The notes under the pieces are model-generated. The model saw only the letters and a program-made list of their open reading frames with translations. It ran no database searches and was not told where the DNA came from. A stretch of 64,000 nt of DNA from the human T2T-CHM13v2.0 reference genome, Homo sapiens. The position numbers and the translations under genes were made by a program. The stretch lies in NCBI RefSeq assembly GCF_009914755.1, contig NC_060932.1; one strand, given 5' to 3'. Of this stretch, positions 32,606-49,704 are shown one piece after another (position 1 is the stretch's first letter; each line of letters begins with the position of its first letter).

Positions 32606-33249
32606 GCCAGATGAACAAAATGCCAGTCAGTTGTCAGTGGGATTTAATGGGGCCCTATCTCCACGTCATCTTGATATGATGCATGTCTGTAGGCTTTGAC
32701 AGTTTCTTCCTCATGGCTCTTATAGTTTCCCAGAATGTTTGCCATTGTCTCCACCACCTTGATAATTAACCATAAAGCAAAATGATGAGATCCTAATGGG
32801 TTAATAAACCAGCTCGACCTCCCCTTACTCATTCACATCTGCAGGACTTTGTCCTTGCTATGCCCTCACCATGACATGCCTTTTCTTTTCTTGTCCACCT
32901 GCAGAACTTCATTTATTCCTCACAATTACTGGGAATCCACCATGTGTCAGGCACACTGCTAAGTGCTGGGACACAGTGAGGATCAAGCCACAGTCTGTAC
33001 CTTCAAGGTGCCCATGAATATTGAGAGAGCATCAAATAAATGCGTGATTACAATAGGCTGCTGCAAGTCCTGTGAAGACCCTGGGAAGGCATCCCACACC
33101 CTCTTGGGAGTGTTGAGGGGGTGGGAAGGGATGGGTGTTCTTTGCCCTGCAAAGTCCAGAGTGTAGGGAGGACGTGATGTGGCAGGAACTATGGGTATCA
33201 ATCCGGGTTCCACCACAGGAAGGGACCTAGCAGAGGAGAGACAGAGAAT

Positions 33250-33723
33250 TTCCCAGGGCTTCCTTAACAAAGTACCATAAACTGGGTGGCCGAAACAACA
33301 GAAATTCATTCTCACAGTTTGGGATACTGAAAGTATGATGTTCTGGGATGCTTCCTTCTGTGGGCTGCAAGGGAGCCTCTATTCCCTGCCTCCCTGCCTC
33401 CCTCCCAGCTTCTGGTGATCTGCTGGCAATCCCTGGTGCTCCCTGGCTGGTAGATGCATTGCTACAATATCAGCCTTCATCTCCACATGGCCTGCTCCCT
33501 GCATCTCTCCACATCATCTTCCCTCTGTGCACATCTGTCTCTGTGCCAAGTTTTCCTCTTTACAAAGACACCAGTCATATTGCATTACAGCCCATCCTAA
33601 TGACCTCATTATATCTTGATTTACCTCTATTAAGACCTCACTTCCAAATATGGTCAGATTTTGAGGTGCTGGATCTGGAGCTTCAACTTATCTTTTGGTG
33701 GAGACACAATTCAACCCATAGCA
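33250..33723 (-). mobile_element. MaLR LTR (MLT1C-like), followed by an MLT2-like fragment at about 33770-33950
   Basis: aacaaagtaccataaactgggtgg...acacaattcaacccatagca. Confidence 0.8.
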
Positions 33724-34704
33724 ATATATACTGCTTTTGCTCTTTATTATGAGATTATTGTTTTTGCTCTTAAGCTTTTTCTACTGGTTAAAGCCTACTT
33801 AGATTATCAAGGAGAATCTTCTTCAATTAAAGTCAACTAATTGTGGATGTTAATTACATCTAAAAAATGCCACCATAGCAACACCTGGATTAGCGTTTGA
33901 TTGAATAACTGGAGACTATAGTCAAGTAGACACATGAAACTGACCGTCACCCTGTGAGTAGATTGCAAATGTTTTTTTCTTTCCAATCAGGTCGTCATTT
34001 TGGTGGCACACTATGTGCCAGCTACTGGAGAGGTATACAGGGTGCATGACCCTGTTTCCATGGAACCTACACCCTTATGGAGGAGGCAGGGAATACAAAA
34101 AAAGAAAAATCAGGCAGATATAAAATTGCCTGTATGATGAATGCTATAAGGGAGAGGTACAGGGGCCTTTGAGTCTGTGTAATCGGAGAGCTTGACCTGG
34201 TTGGGAAAATGGCTAAGATTAGAAGTTCTGCAGATCTGGAGCAGGGAGAATTCCCATCTGCATTCAAGGCTCAGCCAAAGAGTCATCCCTGTGAAACCTT
34301 CTGTTGTCACCCCTCCCCAGACAGGTGTACTAGTAACACCCTCCCCATAACTCTGTTGGAGCTCCTGCCACCTGATTTAGCCATATTCTTATTTGCCTTC
34401 CCCACTGGAAAGAAATTGTTTTACTTATCTCTTAAAAATCGCAGTGCCTGGCACATAGTAGACACACAATAAATGCTGAATGAACGAATGAATAAATTAA
34501 AGAATGAATGAATGACCAAATGAACAATGGAACATTGTTCCTCTGAAGCTCAGAGGCTCTTCATGCTTTCACCGTCTCAGTTTTGGCCCATTTCATGATG
34601 CATTCTGTTTTCCCAAACCACCCTTGCATCTAGGGATAGTACCTCATTGACACAAGTTGGTATAAGGCTAATTTTTCCCTGGGTAACTGGAAGTTCAACC
34701 ATAG

Positions 34705-35025
<321 letters not shown>

Positions 35026-36664
35026 TAACTTTTATTGACAGCTCCATTTAAAATTTAGGTGACATTAATATACGGACCCACAGCTTGGGGAGATGGGCCA
35101 GGGTGATTAAGTCTTCTGTCATGGTTGCCAGCAGCAGTTAAGCCCTTAATAAGTCCTTTCAGTGACAGTAATGGTGATGGCTCAGGGGCACATGGCTGGA
35201 GGCTTCCTTGTGATGCACCTGCAGAGTATCAATTACAGTTTAGAATGTAAATCTTGGAGCTCAGGCAGGAAATACTATGCCTTCAGATGGAAGACATATG
35301 GATTTCTTTCCCACACAACCATATCCCTGGCCTGCTACAGCCACTTCTGTCAGTTACAGTCACTGGAGCTGTCCAGCGTCTCTGCTTTTCTCTCTCTGAG
35401 GAGGGTTAATTGGCTTGGGCATGCTGCAGTTGCTGTGCCTGCTTCACTGGGGAGTAAGTGTCAGGGTTAAGTGGATCTGACCATGAGGGCAGCAGCCCAG
35501 ACAGCCCTGTGGACATGCAGGGAAATAATGGGCTCGCATTCTCCTTCCTCCCCCTCCTCTTTGTCTATCGCTCCCAGCCCAGTTCATCCTGTACCAGAGC
35601 AGACAGTCTACACAGCTGGAGAATACTGCTGTGTCCTTGATTTTGTTTTCAGGAAGGCATTTCCCTATAACGCAGTTAATTTTCAAGTACCAGTCCCAAT
35701 GCAGTAGCATTGGGTAATTTATCATCACAGAAAATCAGACAGCATTAATGTTCCTTGAGACACCTTGCGTTGGTGTGGTTTCATGGAAGGAGCACCGAGC
35801 TAGGAATTAGGAACCTGGCACTTATCTCAGATTGGCCTGATTGATGATCTTGGGCAAGTTGCTAGTGTTCTCTAGATTTCAATTTATCTATAAAATGAAG
35901 GGATTGGATATGGTGATTTCTGAGATCTCTTACAGTTCACGGAAACATTTATTTTGTGTGTACTTTCTGCAGGTCAAGTGCAGGCTCCAGCAATGCAGAG
36001 ACCAAAAAAAAAAAAAAAAAAAAGGCAGGTCCCTATTCTCAAGGGGCTCATAGTCTTGTAGAGACAACGCTTTGGTCTTGCAATTCTATGTTTTTATAAT
36101 TTTTCATCCTTGATAAGGTTTTCATTTAAAATAAATGTAGCTGGTACTTGTTGATAAAGCAACAATGGAGGGGAAGGGGAATGGCAATGTATTGGGCACC
36201 AGTTGAACGCCTGAAAGTAAAATACGTGTTTTATAGAAACAATATTGCATTTAAACCCCATGCTAAATTATAAAGAAGACATATATACTCATTTATAATA
36301 TGGAGGCTAAGAGGAATTAAATAACTTTCCCAAAGTTTTACAATCAGGAAATTGCAGATTCAAAACCAAAATTAAAAATCAGTCCTGTCTGAAACCAAAA
36401 TCCAAAGTTTTTCCTCTCCATCGTGCTGTCACCCTAGTTGAAGACTACAAGATTTGGCCCATGAAAAGGGGAGATTATTGGCTATTTGAAATTGATAACA
36501 GAGTTGAAAACTGTTTGTACCGCAATGAAAAATTAAACCAAACAAATATCTGCTAAGTATTAACTGAGTTGCTGAGTGTTTAATGAGTTCACATGAATAG
36601 CGGGCTAGCTAAAAGTGAAGCTGGGAATGGTTCCCTGTGTCACCAAATGTTAACTGACTCTTGA

Positions 36665-36856
<192 letters not shown>

Positions 36857-37344
36857 TAAGTTCTTTCTCCCCGGGAGACACTTGGTATTCTGAAGCTGTT
36901 GTAGCCTTTAGGGCTCCAGACTCTGCATCCCAGTTGTCCATCTCTAGGAAGGCCAGACCAGGCTCAGCTTTAACGTCTCAAATGGGCTCCACATCAGCAG
37001 AGGTGGCTTGGGGAAACTCTGTTCAGTGCATTTGAGAGTCATCGTGACTGGGGAGGCAGCTCTGATTGAGAACCAAGGGCAGGTTCTTCAAGAGTCAAGA
37101 GCTAAATGTATGTGTTCACTCAGTCAGATGTGCCTTGAAATAGAGTTTCCCTGGTGAAGAATAATGCTAGAAGAATAATTAATATAATACAAATGCCAGC
37201 GTCCAAGCTAATTATAACACTCATGTACTTTCGATAACAAAGCATTTTACATGGAGTATCTCATTGAGTTTTGTGAACCACCCTTTGAGGCGTTATCCGC
37301 ATTTTACAAATGAAGGAAGAACTGACCCAACTTTCACTCTTTTT

Positions 37345-40300
37345 TCAAATGTATCTTTAATTTTCATGGGTACATAAATGTGTATGTGTGTGTGTATATA
37401 TTATATACACACACACATATGGGGTATATGACATATGTATACATATATATGGGGTATATGACATATTTTGATACAGGAATATAATGCATAACAATCACAT
37501 CAGGGTAAATGGGATATCTATCACCTCAAATATTTATCCTTTCTTTATATTATAAACATCAAATTATACTTAGTTATTTTAAAATAGACAATAAATTATT
37601 GATTATAGTTGCCCTGTTGTGCTATCAGATACTGTATCTTATTCTATCTAACTATATTTTTGTACTCATTAACCATCATCCACTCTCTATCTCCATGAGT
37701 TCAAGTGTTTAAGTGAGAACATGCAAAGTTTGTCTTTCTGTGCCTGGTTTATTTTTCTTAACCTAATGTCTTTAATTCATGTTGATTTTATTTTTGCATA
37801 TGATGAGACACAGGGATCTACTTTCATTCTTCTGCATATGGATATCCAGTTTTCCCAGCACCATTTATTGAAGAGACTGTCCTTTCTCTGATATATCTTT
37901 TTGGCATCTTTGTTGAAAATGAGTTCACTGTGGATGAATAGATTTATTTCTGGGTTCTCTATTCTGTTCCAAACATAGATTTCAAGAAAAGAACTATAAA
38001 AAGACAAGAAAAAAAAAAGATTTATGTGTCTGTTGTTGTGCCAATACCATGCTCTTCTGGTTACTATAGCTCTGTAGCATAATTTGAAGTCAGGTAATGT
38101 GATTCCTCCAGTTCTGTTCTTTTCACTTAGAATATAGCTTTGGCTATTCTGTGTCTTTTGTGGTCCCACGTAAATGTAAGATTGTTTTTTCTATTTCTAT
38201 GAAGAATGTCATTGGTACTTTGATAGAGATTTCACTGAATCTGTAGGTTGCTTTGGGTACTATGGACATTTTAACAGTACTGATTCTTCCAATCCATGAA
38301 CATGGAATATGTCTGTGGTTTTTTGTATCCTCTTCAATTTCTTGCACCAATGTTTTATAGTTTTCATTGTAGAGATCTTTTCTCTCTTGAAGTTTATTCC
38401 TAGGTATTTTATTTGTAGCTATTGTAAATGGGATTGCTTTCTTTATTTCTTTTTCACATTGTTCACTGTTGGCATACAGAAATGCTACTGATTTTTGTAC
38501 CTTGATTTTGTATCCTGCAACTTTACTGAATTTATCAGTTCTAACGGTTTTCTTGTGGAATCTTTAGTTTTTTTTTTTTTAAATATAAGATCATATTATC
38601 TACCCACAAGGGTAACTTCTTTCTTTCCAATTTGGATGCCCTTTATTTCTTTGTCTTATCTGATTGCTCTAGCTAGGATTTCCAGTTCTATGTTGAATAA
38701 CAGTGGTGAAAGTGGGCATCCTTGTTTTGTTTCAGATCTTAGAGGAAAGGCTTTCCGTTTTCCCCATTCAGTATGATCCTAGCTGTGGGTCTGTTGTGTA
38801 TGTTTTTTATTGTGTTGAGCTATGTCCCTTCTATACTCAAGTTTTTTGAGGGTTTCTTAAATTATGAAGGAATATTGAATTTCATCAAATGCTTTTTAAG
38901 TGTCAATTGAAATGATCATATGGTTTGTGTCCTTCATTCTGTTGATAATGATGTATCACACTGATTGATTGTGTATGTCAAATGATCATTACATCCCTGG
39001 AATAAATTCCACCTGATCATGATGAATGATCATTTTAACATGATGTTGAATTTGGTTTGCTAGTATTTTGTTGAAAATTTTTCTTGAACACTTTTGCATC
39101 AGTGTTCATCAGGGATATTTGCCTATAGTTTTCATTTTGTGATGTGTCTTTGGTTTTGCTTTCAGGGTAATACTGGCCTTGTAAAATGACTTTGGAAGTA
39201 TATCCTTTTTCTTTGTTTTTCAGATTGGTATTAGTTCTTCTTTAAATGTTTGGTAAAAATCAGCAGTGAAGCTTTGGATCCTGGGCTTTTCTTTGCTAGG
39301 AGACTTTTTATTACAGCTTCAATTTCATTACTTGTTATTGATCTATTCAGGTTTTGAACTTCTCCATGGTTCAATCTTGGTAGGTTGTATGTTTCTAGGA
39401 ATTCACTCATTTCTTCTAGGTTTTCCAATTTATTTGCTAATTTCCAAATTTTCCAATTTATTTCTAACATATCATTAGTAGCCTCTAATAATCATTTGAA
39501 TTTCTGCAGTATTGGTTGTAATGTCTTCTTTATTGTCTGTAATTTTATTTATTTAGGAGGTCTCCCATTTTTCTTAGCCTAGCTAAAGAGTTGCCAATTT
39601 TGTTTATCTTTTTGAAAAACCAACTTTTCATTTTGTTAATCTTATCTCTTTTTCTACTAATTTTGGGTTTGGTTCACTCTTGATTTTCTAATTCATTAAG
39701 ATATATTGTTACATTATTTATTTGAAGTTTTTCTACTTTTTTGATGTGGGTGCTTATTGCTATAAACTTTCTTCTTAGTACTACTTTCATTGTGTCCCAT
39801 AAGTGTTGTTGGTATGTTTGTTTCCATTTTCATTTGTTTCAAGAAATTTCTAAATTTCTTTCTTAATTTCTTCATTGTCCCACTGGCCATTCAGGAGCAT
39901 ATTGTTTAATTTCCATGTGTTTGTATAGTTTCCAAAATTCTCTTGTTATCGATTTTGAGTTTTATTCCATTGTGGCCAGAGAAGATACTTAATATAATTT
40001 CAATTTAAAAAAAATTTTAAAGACTTGTTTTGTGGCCTAACGTGTGGTCTGTCTTTGAGAATGTTCCATGTGCTAAGGAGAAGAATGTGTATTCTGCAGC
40101 TGTTGGATGAAATGTTCTGTAAACATCTATCAGGTCCATTTGGTCTATAGGGTCGATTATGTCCAATGTTTCTTGGTTGGTGTCCTGTCTGGATGACCTG
40201 CCCAGTGCTGAAAATTGGGTGTTGAAATCTCCAGCTATTATTGTATTGGGGTGTATCTCTCTCTTTAGCTCTTTGCTTTATATCTGGGTGCTCCACGGTT

Positions 40301-43300
40301 GGGTGTGTGTGTATGCAACTGTTATATCCTGTTGCTGAATTGACCCCTTTATCATTATATAATGACCTTCTTTGCCTCCTTTTATAGTTCTTGTCTTGAA
40401 ATCTATGTTGTTTTATAATCAGTATACCTACTCCTTTTTTATATTCCATTTGCATGTTAGATCTTTTTTAATCCTTTATTTTTAGTCTATGTGTATCTTT
40501 ATAGGTAAAGTATGTTTTTTTGTAGGCAACGGAGTATTGGGTCTTGTGTTTTTATCCATTCAGCCACTCTGTGTCTTTTGATTGGAGAGGTTAGTCCGTT
40601 TATATTCAATGTTATTGTTAAGTAAGGAATTCTTCCATTTTAAAATTTGTTTTTTGATTGTTTTTGCTGTCTACTCTTCCTTCTTGTCTTCCTTTTAGTG
40701 AAGGTGATTTTCTCTGGTGGTATGTTTTAATTTCTTGCTTTTTTATTTTTTGTGTATCTGTTGTATGTGTTTTTATTTGAAGTTACCATGAGGCTTGAAA
40801 ATAATATAGCCCATGATTTTAAGCTGATAACACTAACTGCATAAACAAACAAAAAAAAAAAGCAAAAATAAAACTGATGAAAACTCTATATTTTCACTTC
40901 ATCTCCCTGCTTTTTAACTTTCTGTTGTTTCTACTTATATCTTATTATACTATGTCTTTAAAAGTTGTTGTAGTTATTTTTGGTTGGTTCATATGTTCAT
41001 CTTTCCACTTAAGATATGAATAACTAATATACCACACTTAGTGTTATAACATTGTGTTTTTCTGTGTACTTACTGTTACCAGTGAGCTTCCCACCTTCAT
41101 ATAATTTCTTATTGATCATTAACATCCTTTTTCTCTCAGATTAAAAAACTTCTTTTAGCATTTCTTATAGGACAGGTCTGGTGTTGATGAAATCCCTCAG
41201 AGTTTGTCTGGGAAAGTCTTTATTTCTCCTTCATATTTAAAGAATACTTTTCCTAGATATACTATTCTAAGCTAAAAGTTTTTTTTCCTTCAGTACTTTA
41301 AATGTGCCATGCTACTCTCTCCTGGCCTATAAGGTTTCCACTGAGAAGTCTGCTGCCAGACATATTGGAACTCCTTTGTATGTTATTTCTTTTCTCTCGC
41401 TGCTTTTGGGATCCCTAAGTTATCCTTGACCTTTGGGAGTTTGATTATTAAATGTCTTGAGGTAGTCTTATTTGGATTAAATCTGCTTGGTGTTCTATAA
41501 CCTTCTTGTACTTGAATATTGATATCTTTCTCTTGGTTTCTTATTATCTCTTTGAATAAACTTTCTACTCTGATCTCTCTCTCTCTCTCTACCTCCTCTT
41601 TAAGGCCAGTAACTCTTAGATTTGCCTCTTGGAGGCTGTTTTCTAGATCTTGTAGGCATGCTTCATTCTTTTCAATTCTTTGTTTGTTTCCTCTGACTGT
41701 GTATTTTCAAATAGTCTATCTTCAAGCTCACTAATTCTTCTGCTTGATTAATTCTGCTGTTAAGAGACTGGTGCATTCTTCAGTATGTCTGTTGCATTTT
41801 TCAGTTCTAGAATTTGATTCCTTTTAATCATTTTACTCTCTTTGTTAAATTTATCGGATAGGATTCTGAATTCCTTCTTTGTGTTATCTTGAATTTTGTT
41901 GAGCTTCCTTAATGCAACTATTTTGAATTCTCTGTATGAAAGGAAACATCTCTCTGTCTCTCCTGGATTGGTCACTGGTGCCTTATTTAGTTCTTTTGGT
42001 GAGATAATGTTTTCCCGGATGGCCCTGATGCTTGTGGATGTTCATCAGTGTCTGGGCATTGAAGAGTTAGGTATTTATTGTAGTCTTTGCAGTCTGGGCT
42101 TGTTTGTACCCATCCTTTTTGGGAAGGCTTTCCAAATATTTGAAGGGACTTGGGTATTATAATCTAAATATTTGGTCACTGCAGCCATATCTGCATTAGG
42201 GGACACTAAGCACAGTAATACTGTGGCTCCTGCAGACTTGTAGAGATATTGCCTGGGTGGTCTTGGGTAAGATCCAGGAGAATTCCCTGGATTACAGGCA
42301 GAGACTCTTTTTCTCCTTTCTTTTCCCCAAACAAATGGGGTTTATCTTTCTGTGCTCAGCTTCCTGGAGCTGGGGGAGGGGTGACACACACAGCCATGTG
42401 GCCACAAACACAGCACTAGGTCTTGCCCAAGGCCTGCAGTGACCGCTGCCTGGCTACCACCTGTGTTCACTCAAAGCCCAGGGGCTCTTCAGTCAATGGG
42501 TGGCAAATCCAGCCAGACTTCTGTCCTTCCCCCCAGGCCTCTAGCTCCAGATGGGTCTGGAGATGCCATCTGGGAGCCAAGGGCTGGAGTTAGGAACCTT
42601 AGGAATCTACCTGCTGCTCTATTCTACTGTGGCTGAACTGGCACCCAAACCACAAGATAAAGTCCTTCCCCTTTCCTCAAGCAGAGGGGTCTCTCCCCAT
42701 GGCCACCACTGCCCCAGTCCCATGGTGAGTACTGCCTGGCTACTGCCAGTGTTCACTGTGGCAAATGCTGCCTGGCTTGTGTCTCTCCTTTCAGGGCAGT
42801 GGGCTGCCCTCTGGCTTAGGGCAGGTCCAAAAATGCCATCTGGGGCCAAGGTCTAGAATCAGGGTCCCCAGGAACCCACTTGGTTCTCTACTCCACGATG
42901 GCTGGGCTGGTGCCCAAGCTGCAAGACAAAGTCCCCTTTGCTCTTCCCTGTCCTTTCGTCAAGCAGAAGCAATCTCTTCCTATCACTACCATAGCTGAAA
43001 ATGTGCTGGGTCACACCTGAAGCCAGCACTGCTCTGAGTTTAACCCAAGGCCCATGGCAAGTACTACCTGGCTCTCACTGCTGATTATTCAAAACCCAAG
43101 GGCTCTTTAGTCAGTAGGAAATAAATCCTGCTATGTCTGGGTTCTTCCCCTCAAGGCATCACGTTCCCTTCTGGCCCAGGTTATGTCTAGAAATGTCTGG
43201 GAGCTGGGGCTTGGAATGGAGGCCTCAAGACTCTGCCTTGTGCTGTATTTACTGTAGCTGAGCTGGTATTCAAGGTGCAAGACAAAATCCTCTTTGCTCT

Positions 43301-43930
43301 TCCTCTCCTCAAGCAGAAGGAAGGAGTCTGTCCTGGGCCTGTGAACTGTGCTGCCTGGGATTAGGGGAGAGGTGGTGCGAGCACTCCCATGGCTGCCCCA
43401 GCTGGTATTTCACTATGTCATGTGCACCCCAAGTCCACTGGCTCCGAGCTCAGCATAGCAGTAGGATTTGCACAGGAATTTCAGTCCCTGTGGCCAAGAC
43501 TGTCTTTCATGTTTATTTAGGACCCCAGAGTGCTTTAGCCTGCGGTGGCGGAGCTTGCTGAAACTCAACTCAGGTTCCAACAGCTGGGATGGACAATTTG
43601 CCTGTAGCTAGGGCTGGTCTAAATGCTCCTTGCATGGGCACCAGCTGAGTTCTGAGTTGTGTCTGGTGTTTCTTTCTGCTGTGACAGGGTAGCACTGAGT
43701 TCCAATCCGAAGTCCCACAATTATTGTGTTCTTCCTTCCCTAAGTGCACAGATCCTCTCTCCATGCTACAGGGCCACTGCCAGGGAATGGGGGAGGAGTG
43801 GCATAGGCAATTCAAGACTGTCTTTCTTACCCTCTTTAGTGCCTCTTTACTTAATATCATGTTAAAACCAGGTACTGTGATTGCTCACCTGATCTTGTGT
43901 GTATAATTTCAATTTGGTGTTCCTCTGTCT
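37345..43930 (-). mobile_element. Old near full-length LINE-1 (L1MA-like), antisense to the gene, with internal deletions and decayed ORFs
   Basis: ORF2 remnants ([35 protein letters not shown]), ORF1 remnant (EFKIVALRKLNKIQDN), GC-richer 5' UTR 42200-43920, L1MA-type 3' end, degenerate TSD ccaactttcactcttt / caaactcccacttttt. Confidence 0.93.
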
Positions 43931-45354
43931 CCCTCCCCCAAACTCCCACTTTTTACAAATATTTTGAATGCTGCTTAATTTTAAAATATAGACTACCAGC
44001 TTTATTTTTTTAAAGCATGCTGTATCTGATAGCTTTAAGAGTATGGCATAATTTTAAAAATATTTTTATTAAATATGACACACTCATTGAAATTAGAAAA
44101 CACAAAGTACAAAATAACTCTCAAATTATTCCACTCATGTAAAAGTTCTTGTGTAGTATTTCATTTTCAATATGTTCCATGCTATTTTCTCCCTAACCAG
44201 ACTCTACTATCCACGCAGTTTTGTAACCTGCTTGTTGTACTTATCCTTATATCTCAAGCATTTTATGTCATTAGATATTCTTTATAATCATTATTTCAAT
44301 ATATCTATAGAATTCAATCATAGGCATTATAAGATGGTAAAACCAATTTGCCTTCCTGAATTTTAGGGCATTTGTATTTTTCTTTATTCTGTTATAAATA
44401 TTGTTGCTATGAATATTCTCATACAAAAGCCACTGCACACCTCTCTGATAATTGACTTAATATTTATGCATCAAGGTAGACTGCTCCATTAACAGGAATG
44501 CACATTTTGGGACTTTTAATACATATGTCACAATGGCCCTCCAGAGGGTTGTGCCAATTTACACCGTAACAGACTCTGAGCGCCTATATCCTTCGTGGAA
44601 TGATTTCATACAGTCTCTCTTTCTGGTCTATTCTTCCCTAAGCCTAGAGAGCCTGTTTAGTTTTCAGTCCCTAGTGGAACCATATGCCTCTTGGGGCATT
44701 TACATAGCTTTCCAAGTGCCTGAGAGAATTCCATTCAGACAGTGATTAGCTGTTCTCACTCTGAAATTGGGGAAGGAAGCCACAGGCAAATGGTGCATCT
44801 TTTGTTCAGAAGAATTTCCTGGCTGACCTGCCAGGTAGCAGTATAGTTGTCTGGGGACTTGCAACCTTTATTCACTGAAAAGTTTTTAAAACAAGACAAG
44901 CATGCCTATTTCTGGGAAGGCCTGTGTGTGGCTCTGGAACTGGCTTGGATGACCTTTTCAGGATTCTCTGGCATAATGTGGGAAAACTACTTGATAGCTC
45001 CATTTTATAAGCCATGTTGATTTGTTTAAATTCTGATGAACTCAGTGTCCCAATGAGCAGAGACATCAAGCTTATCTTGGTCCTGGCTTGTAGGGAGTGC
45101 TGCATTGCAAGTTAATAATTTTAACCAAACAGCTAGTTTTTAAGGAAAGAATAGGTTGGGGAGATTTAAAAACTTATCACTGATTAGAGAAACAACACAT
45201 CAAGACTCTATCTGTGACATGGATATATACTATGATTTTGGTGGGGTGGTGGGGTAGGGAGAAGGGAGGGACGAAGCAGAGACCTTGAAACTTGGAATAA
45301 GCAGCAGCCGAGTGGCTGTTCTCCTAGGGACTTAATAAAACTAAACAAATATAA

Positions 45355-45592
45355 CCTGCAAAGAAATGCATAGAGACAGAAAGGAGATTGGTGATTGCCA
45401 AAGCCTCTGAGGGGTGGGAAAGAGGAGTAACTGCTTTCTGGGTACAGGGTTTTCTTTTGGGATGATGAAACTTTTTGGAACTAGATAAAGGTGATGGTTA
45501 TACCTCATTGTGAATATCCTAAATGCTACTAAATTGGTCAACTTTTAAATGGTCAATTTTGTTATGTGAATTTCACTTCAATTTAAAAAAAA
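45355..45592 (+). mobile_element. L1 (L1MB-like) 3' end fragment
   Basis: catagagacagaaagg...ggtgatggtt...atgtgaatttcacttcaattt followed by an A run. Confidence 0.75.
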
Positions 45593-45787
45593 TGAAAAGT
45601 ACATTACTTAAACAAAAACAAAACTACCTTCAAAGGATTTTTCTGTTAAGCTACTCAGAAGTCTTGCCTTTCAGGCAAGCTGTGTTTGGCCAGAAAAGAG
45701 AGAAAACAAACCCCCTAACCCCAGATACACAGAATAGCAAGTTAAATCTGAAAGAAACTGCACAGATCATACTGGGTGGTTCTTTAA

Positions 45788-46027
<240 letters not shown>

Positions 46028-46071
46028 TGAAAATCCTGATTCTAGTGATATTTTTGGCTATGGGACATCTA

Positions 46072-46388
<317 letters not shown>

Positions 46389-47015
46389 GTAATGCATGCT
46401 TATAGTAGAAAATGTGGAAAAGTAAGGAGAATAATGAATATCACTTATAATCCCCAAGTTCAGATACAACCATGCTGCTTGCTGGCATATTTTCTTGCAC
46501 TTGTCTGTGACTTGAAAATATATCACATTTTTACAGAATTATAAATAAACACAGAGTTTTGTGCCCAGCTTTTAAAATTTCCAATAGATTATAATGATTC
46601 TCCTTTGTTCTTTGAAATGATCAGTGATGATATGCCTTTTTACGGTTATGCCATTTACTCACATTGTATTCTTTTTTTTGTAGTGACAATGCTATAATGA
46701 ACTTCCTTATACATATTTTTGTGTGTTTCTGATATTTCTATAGTATAGGTCACAGAAGTAGAATTGTTGCATCAGAAGGTGGGCAATATTCTTGAAGTGA
46801 ATATTATATAGCATAAATAATTGAACATAACCCAAATTACCCCCATAAATGTTATACCAATAACTATCCTATTTTAACACCAAGTCGTAGATTTTCCACA
46901 TGAACATCCTGGGACATAACACAAAGATCCCAGAGAGGCTTCCATACATTTAGGGTGAGGGGAAAAAAAATCACATTTAATTTAATTATACAGAAGAATT
47001 CTCATACTGTCACAC

Positions 47016-47709
<694 letters not shown>

Positions 47710-47738
47710 CTTGCTCATGCCTTTGATGCTTTAAAGTG

Positions 47739-47821
47739 TCCTATGTATGGTTCAGTACTTTTGATGCAGTGAGCCAAGGGCATGAGGTCACTGCATCAAA
47801 AGTACTGAACCATACATAGGA
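47739..47821. repeat. Perfect inverted repeat: 34-bp arms (47739-47772, 47788-47821) with a 15-nt loop
   Basis: tcctatgtatggttcagtacttttgatgcagtga / tcactgcatcaaaagtactgaaccatacatagga are exact reverse complements. Confidence 0.97.
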
Positions 47822-48167
47822 TGGTTTGACACTATGTTGACCCCTACCACTTTGATACCAAGATTTCCTTTACCTTGTTATTTCAAGCCCAGAAACCCAT
47901 TGAAGGTTCTTACATGCAGATTATTGATATTTAGATAGGACATTAATGATATATTGAGAAAAATATTTATTCACAATATACTCTATTAAGCCAACTTAGT
48001 TCTTTGGTCAATATTCTACATGATTAAACAATTACCACTTTTTTGCCCACTAGAAGTCTGAAATCATGTTCATAAGATTAACAAATATTTATTCATTGAT
48101 TTGTTTGTCTCTATCAACTTTTACTGATTGTAATTATTGCTATTGGGAGATTTTTTGTGGCCCCTTT

Positions 48168-48305
48168 ATTTTTATTATTTTAATTATTTTTATTATTTTA
48201 ATTTTTGTGGGTACATAATAGGTATTTATATTTATGGGATAAATAAAACATTTTTATACAGGCATGCAATGTATAATCACGATCACACCCTGTAAAATGG
48301 GGCAC
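48168..48305 (-). mobile_element. Very short 5'-truncated L1MA insertion with 12-bp TSD tgtggccccttt
   Basis: AT-rich tail plus L1MA 3' end (gggtacataataggt...atacaggcatgcaatg); TSD at 48156 and 48306. Confidence 0.8.
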
Positions 48306-48751
48306 TGTGGCCCCTTTTTTTTAAAGACAAGTTCAATTTTCCTATATCAAATTAGGCCATTCTAAACTTTGTCAATGTTTTATTCAACAATTTTTGTCTT
48401 GTTTTGCGCGTATCATTTCCACCTGTAGTTTTTATCATGAATAACCTTATTTGATAGAATGGCAGATGAGAGGACATTTCCTGTGGGTGGGTGTTGGTAG
48501 GAGAGAAATCTAAAGCAACCGTGAGAAGACAAAAGACGTCCCTATGGATGGACATTGTGCCCATCTCACCACCTCACTTAGGGCCACCCTGATTTTCCAG
48601 GTCCTCTCACAGTATGTTAGCAAACAGTTTTGCACCTTCAAAAATGTACCCTCTCCAGTACCTTGAAGCCATGTTTATGATCTGTAGATCTTTAGGAGGT
48701 GGGTGGAGCCCCTACTCCAGGACCAAGACTGCTCTCTGGGTCCTCTTGTGA

Positions 48752-49175
<424 letters not shown>

Positions 49176-49202
49176 CCTTGGTACATTTAAATAAGCCTGT
49201 AA

Positions 49203-49704
<502 letters not shown>

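Noticed and set aside
37777-41975. Minus-strand ORFs with reverse-transcriptase/endonuclease-like peptides
   Set aside because: Frameshifted remnants of L1 ORF1/ORF2, not an active element or a new gene
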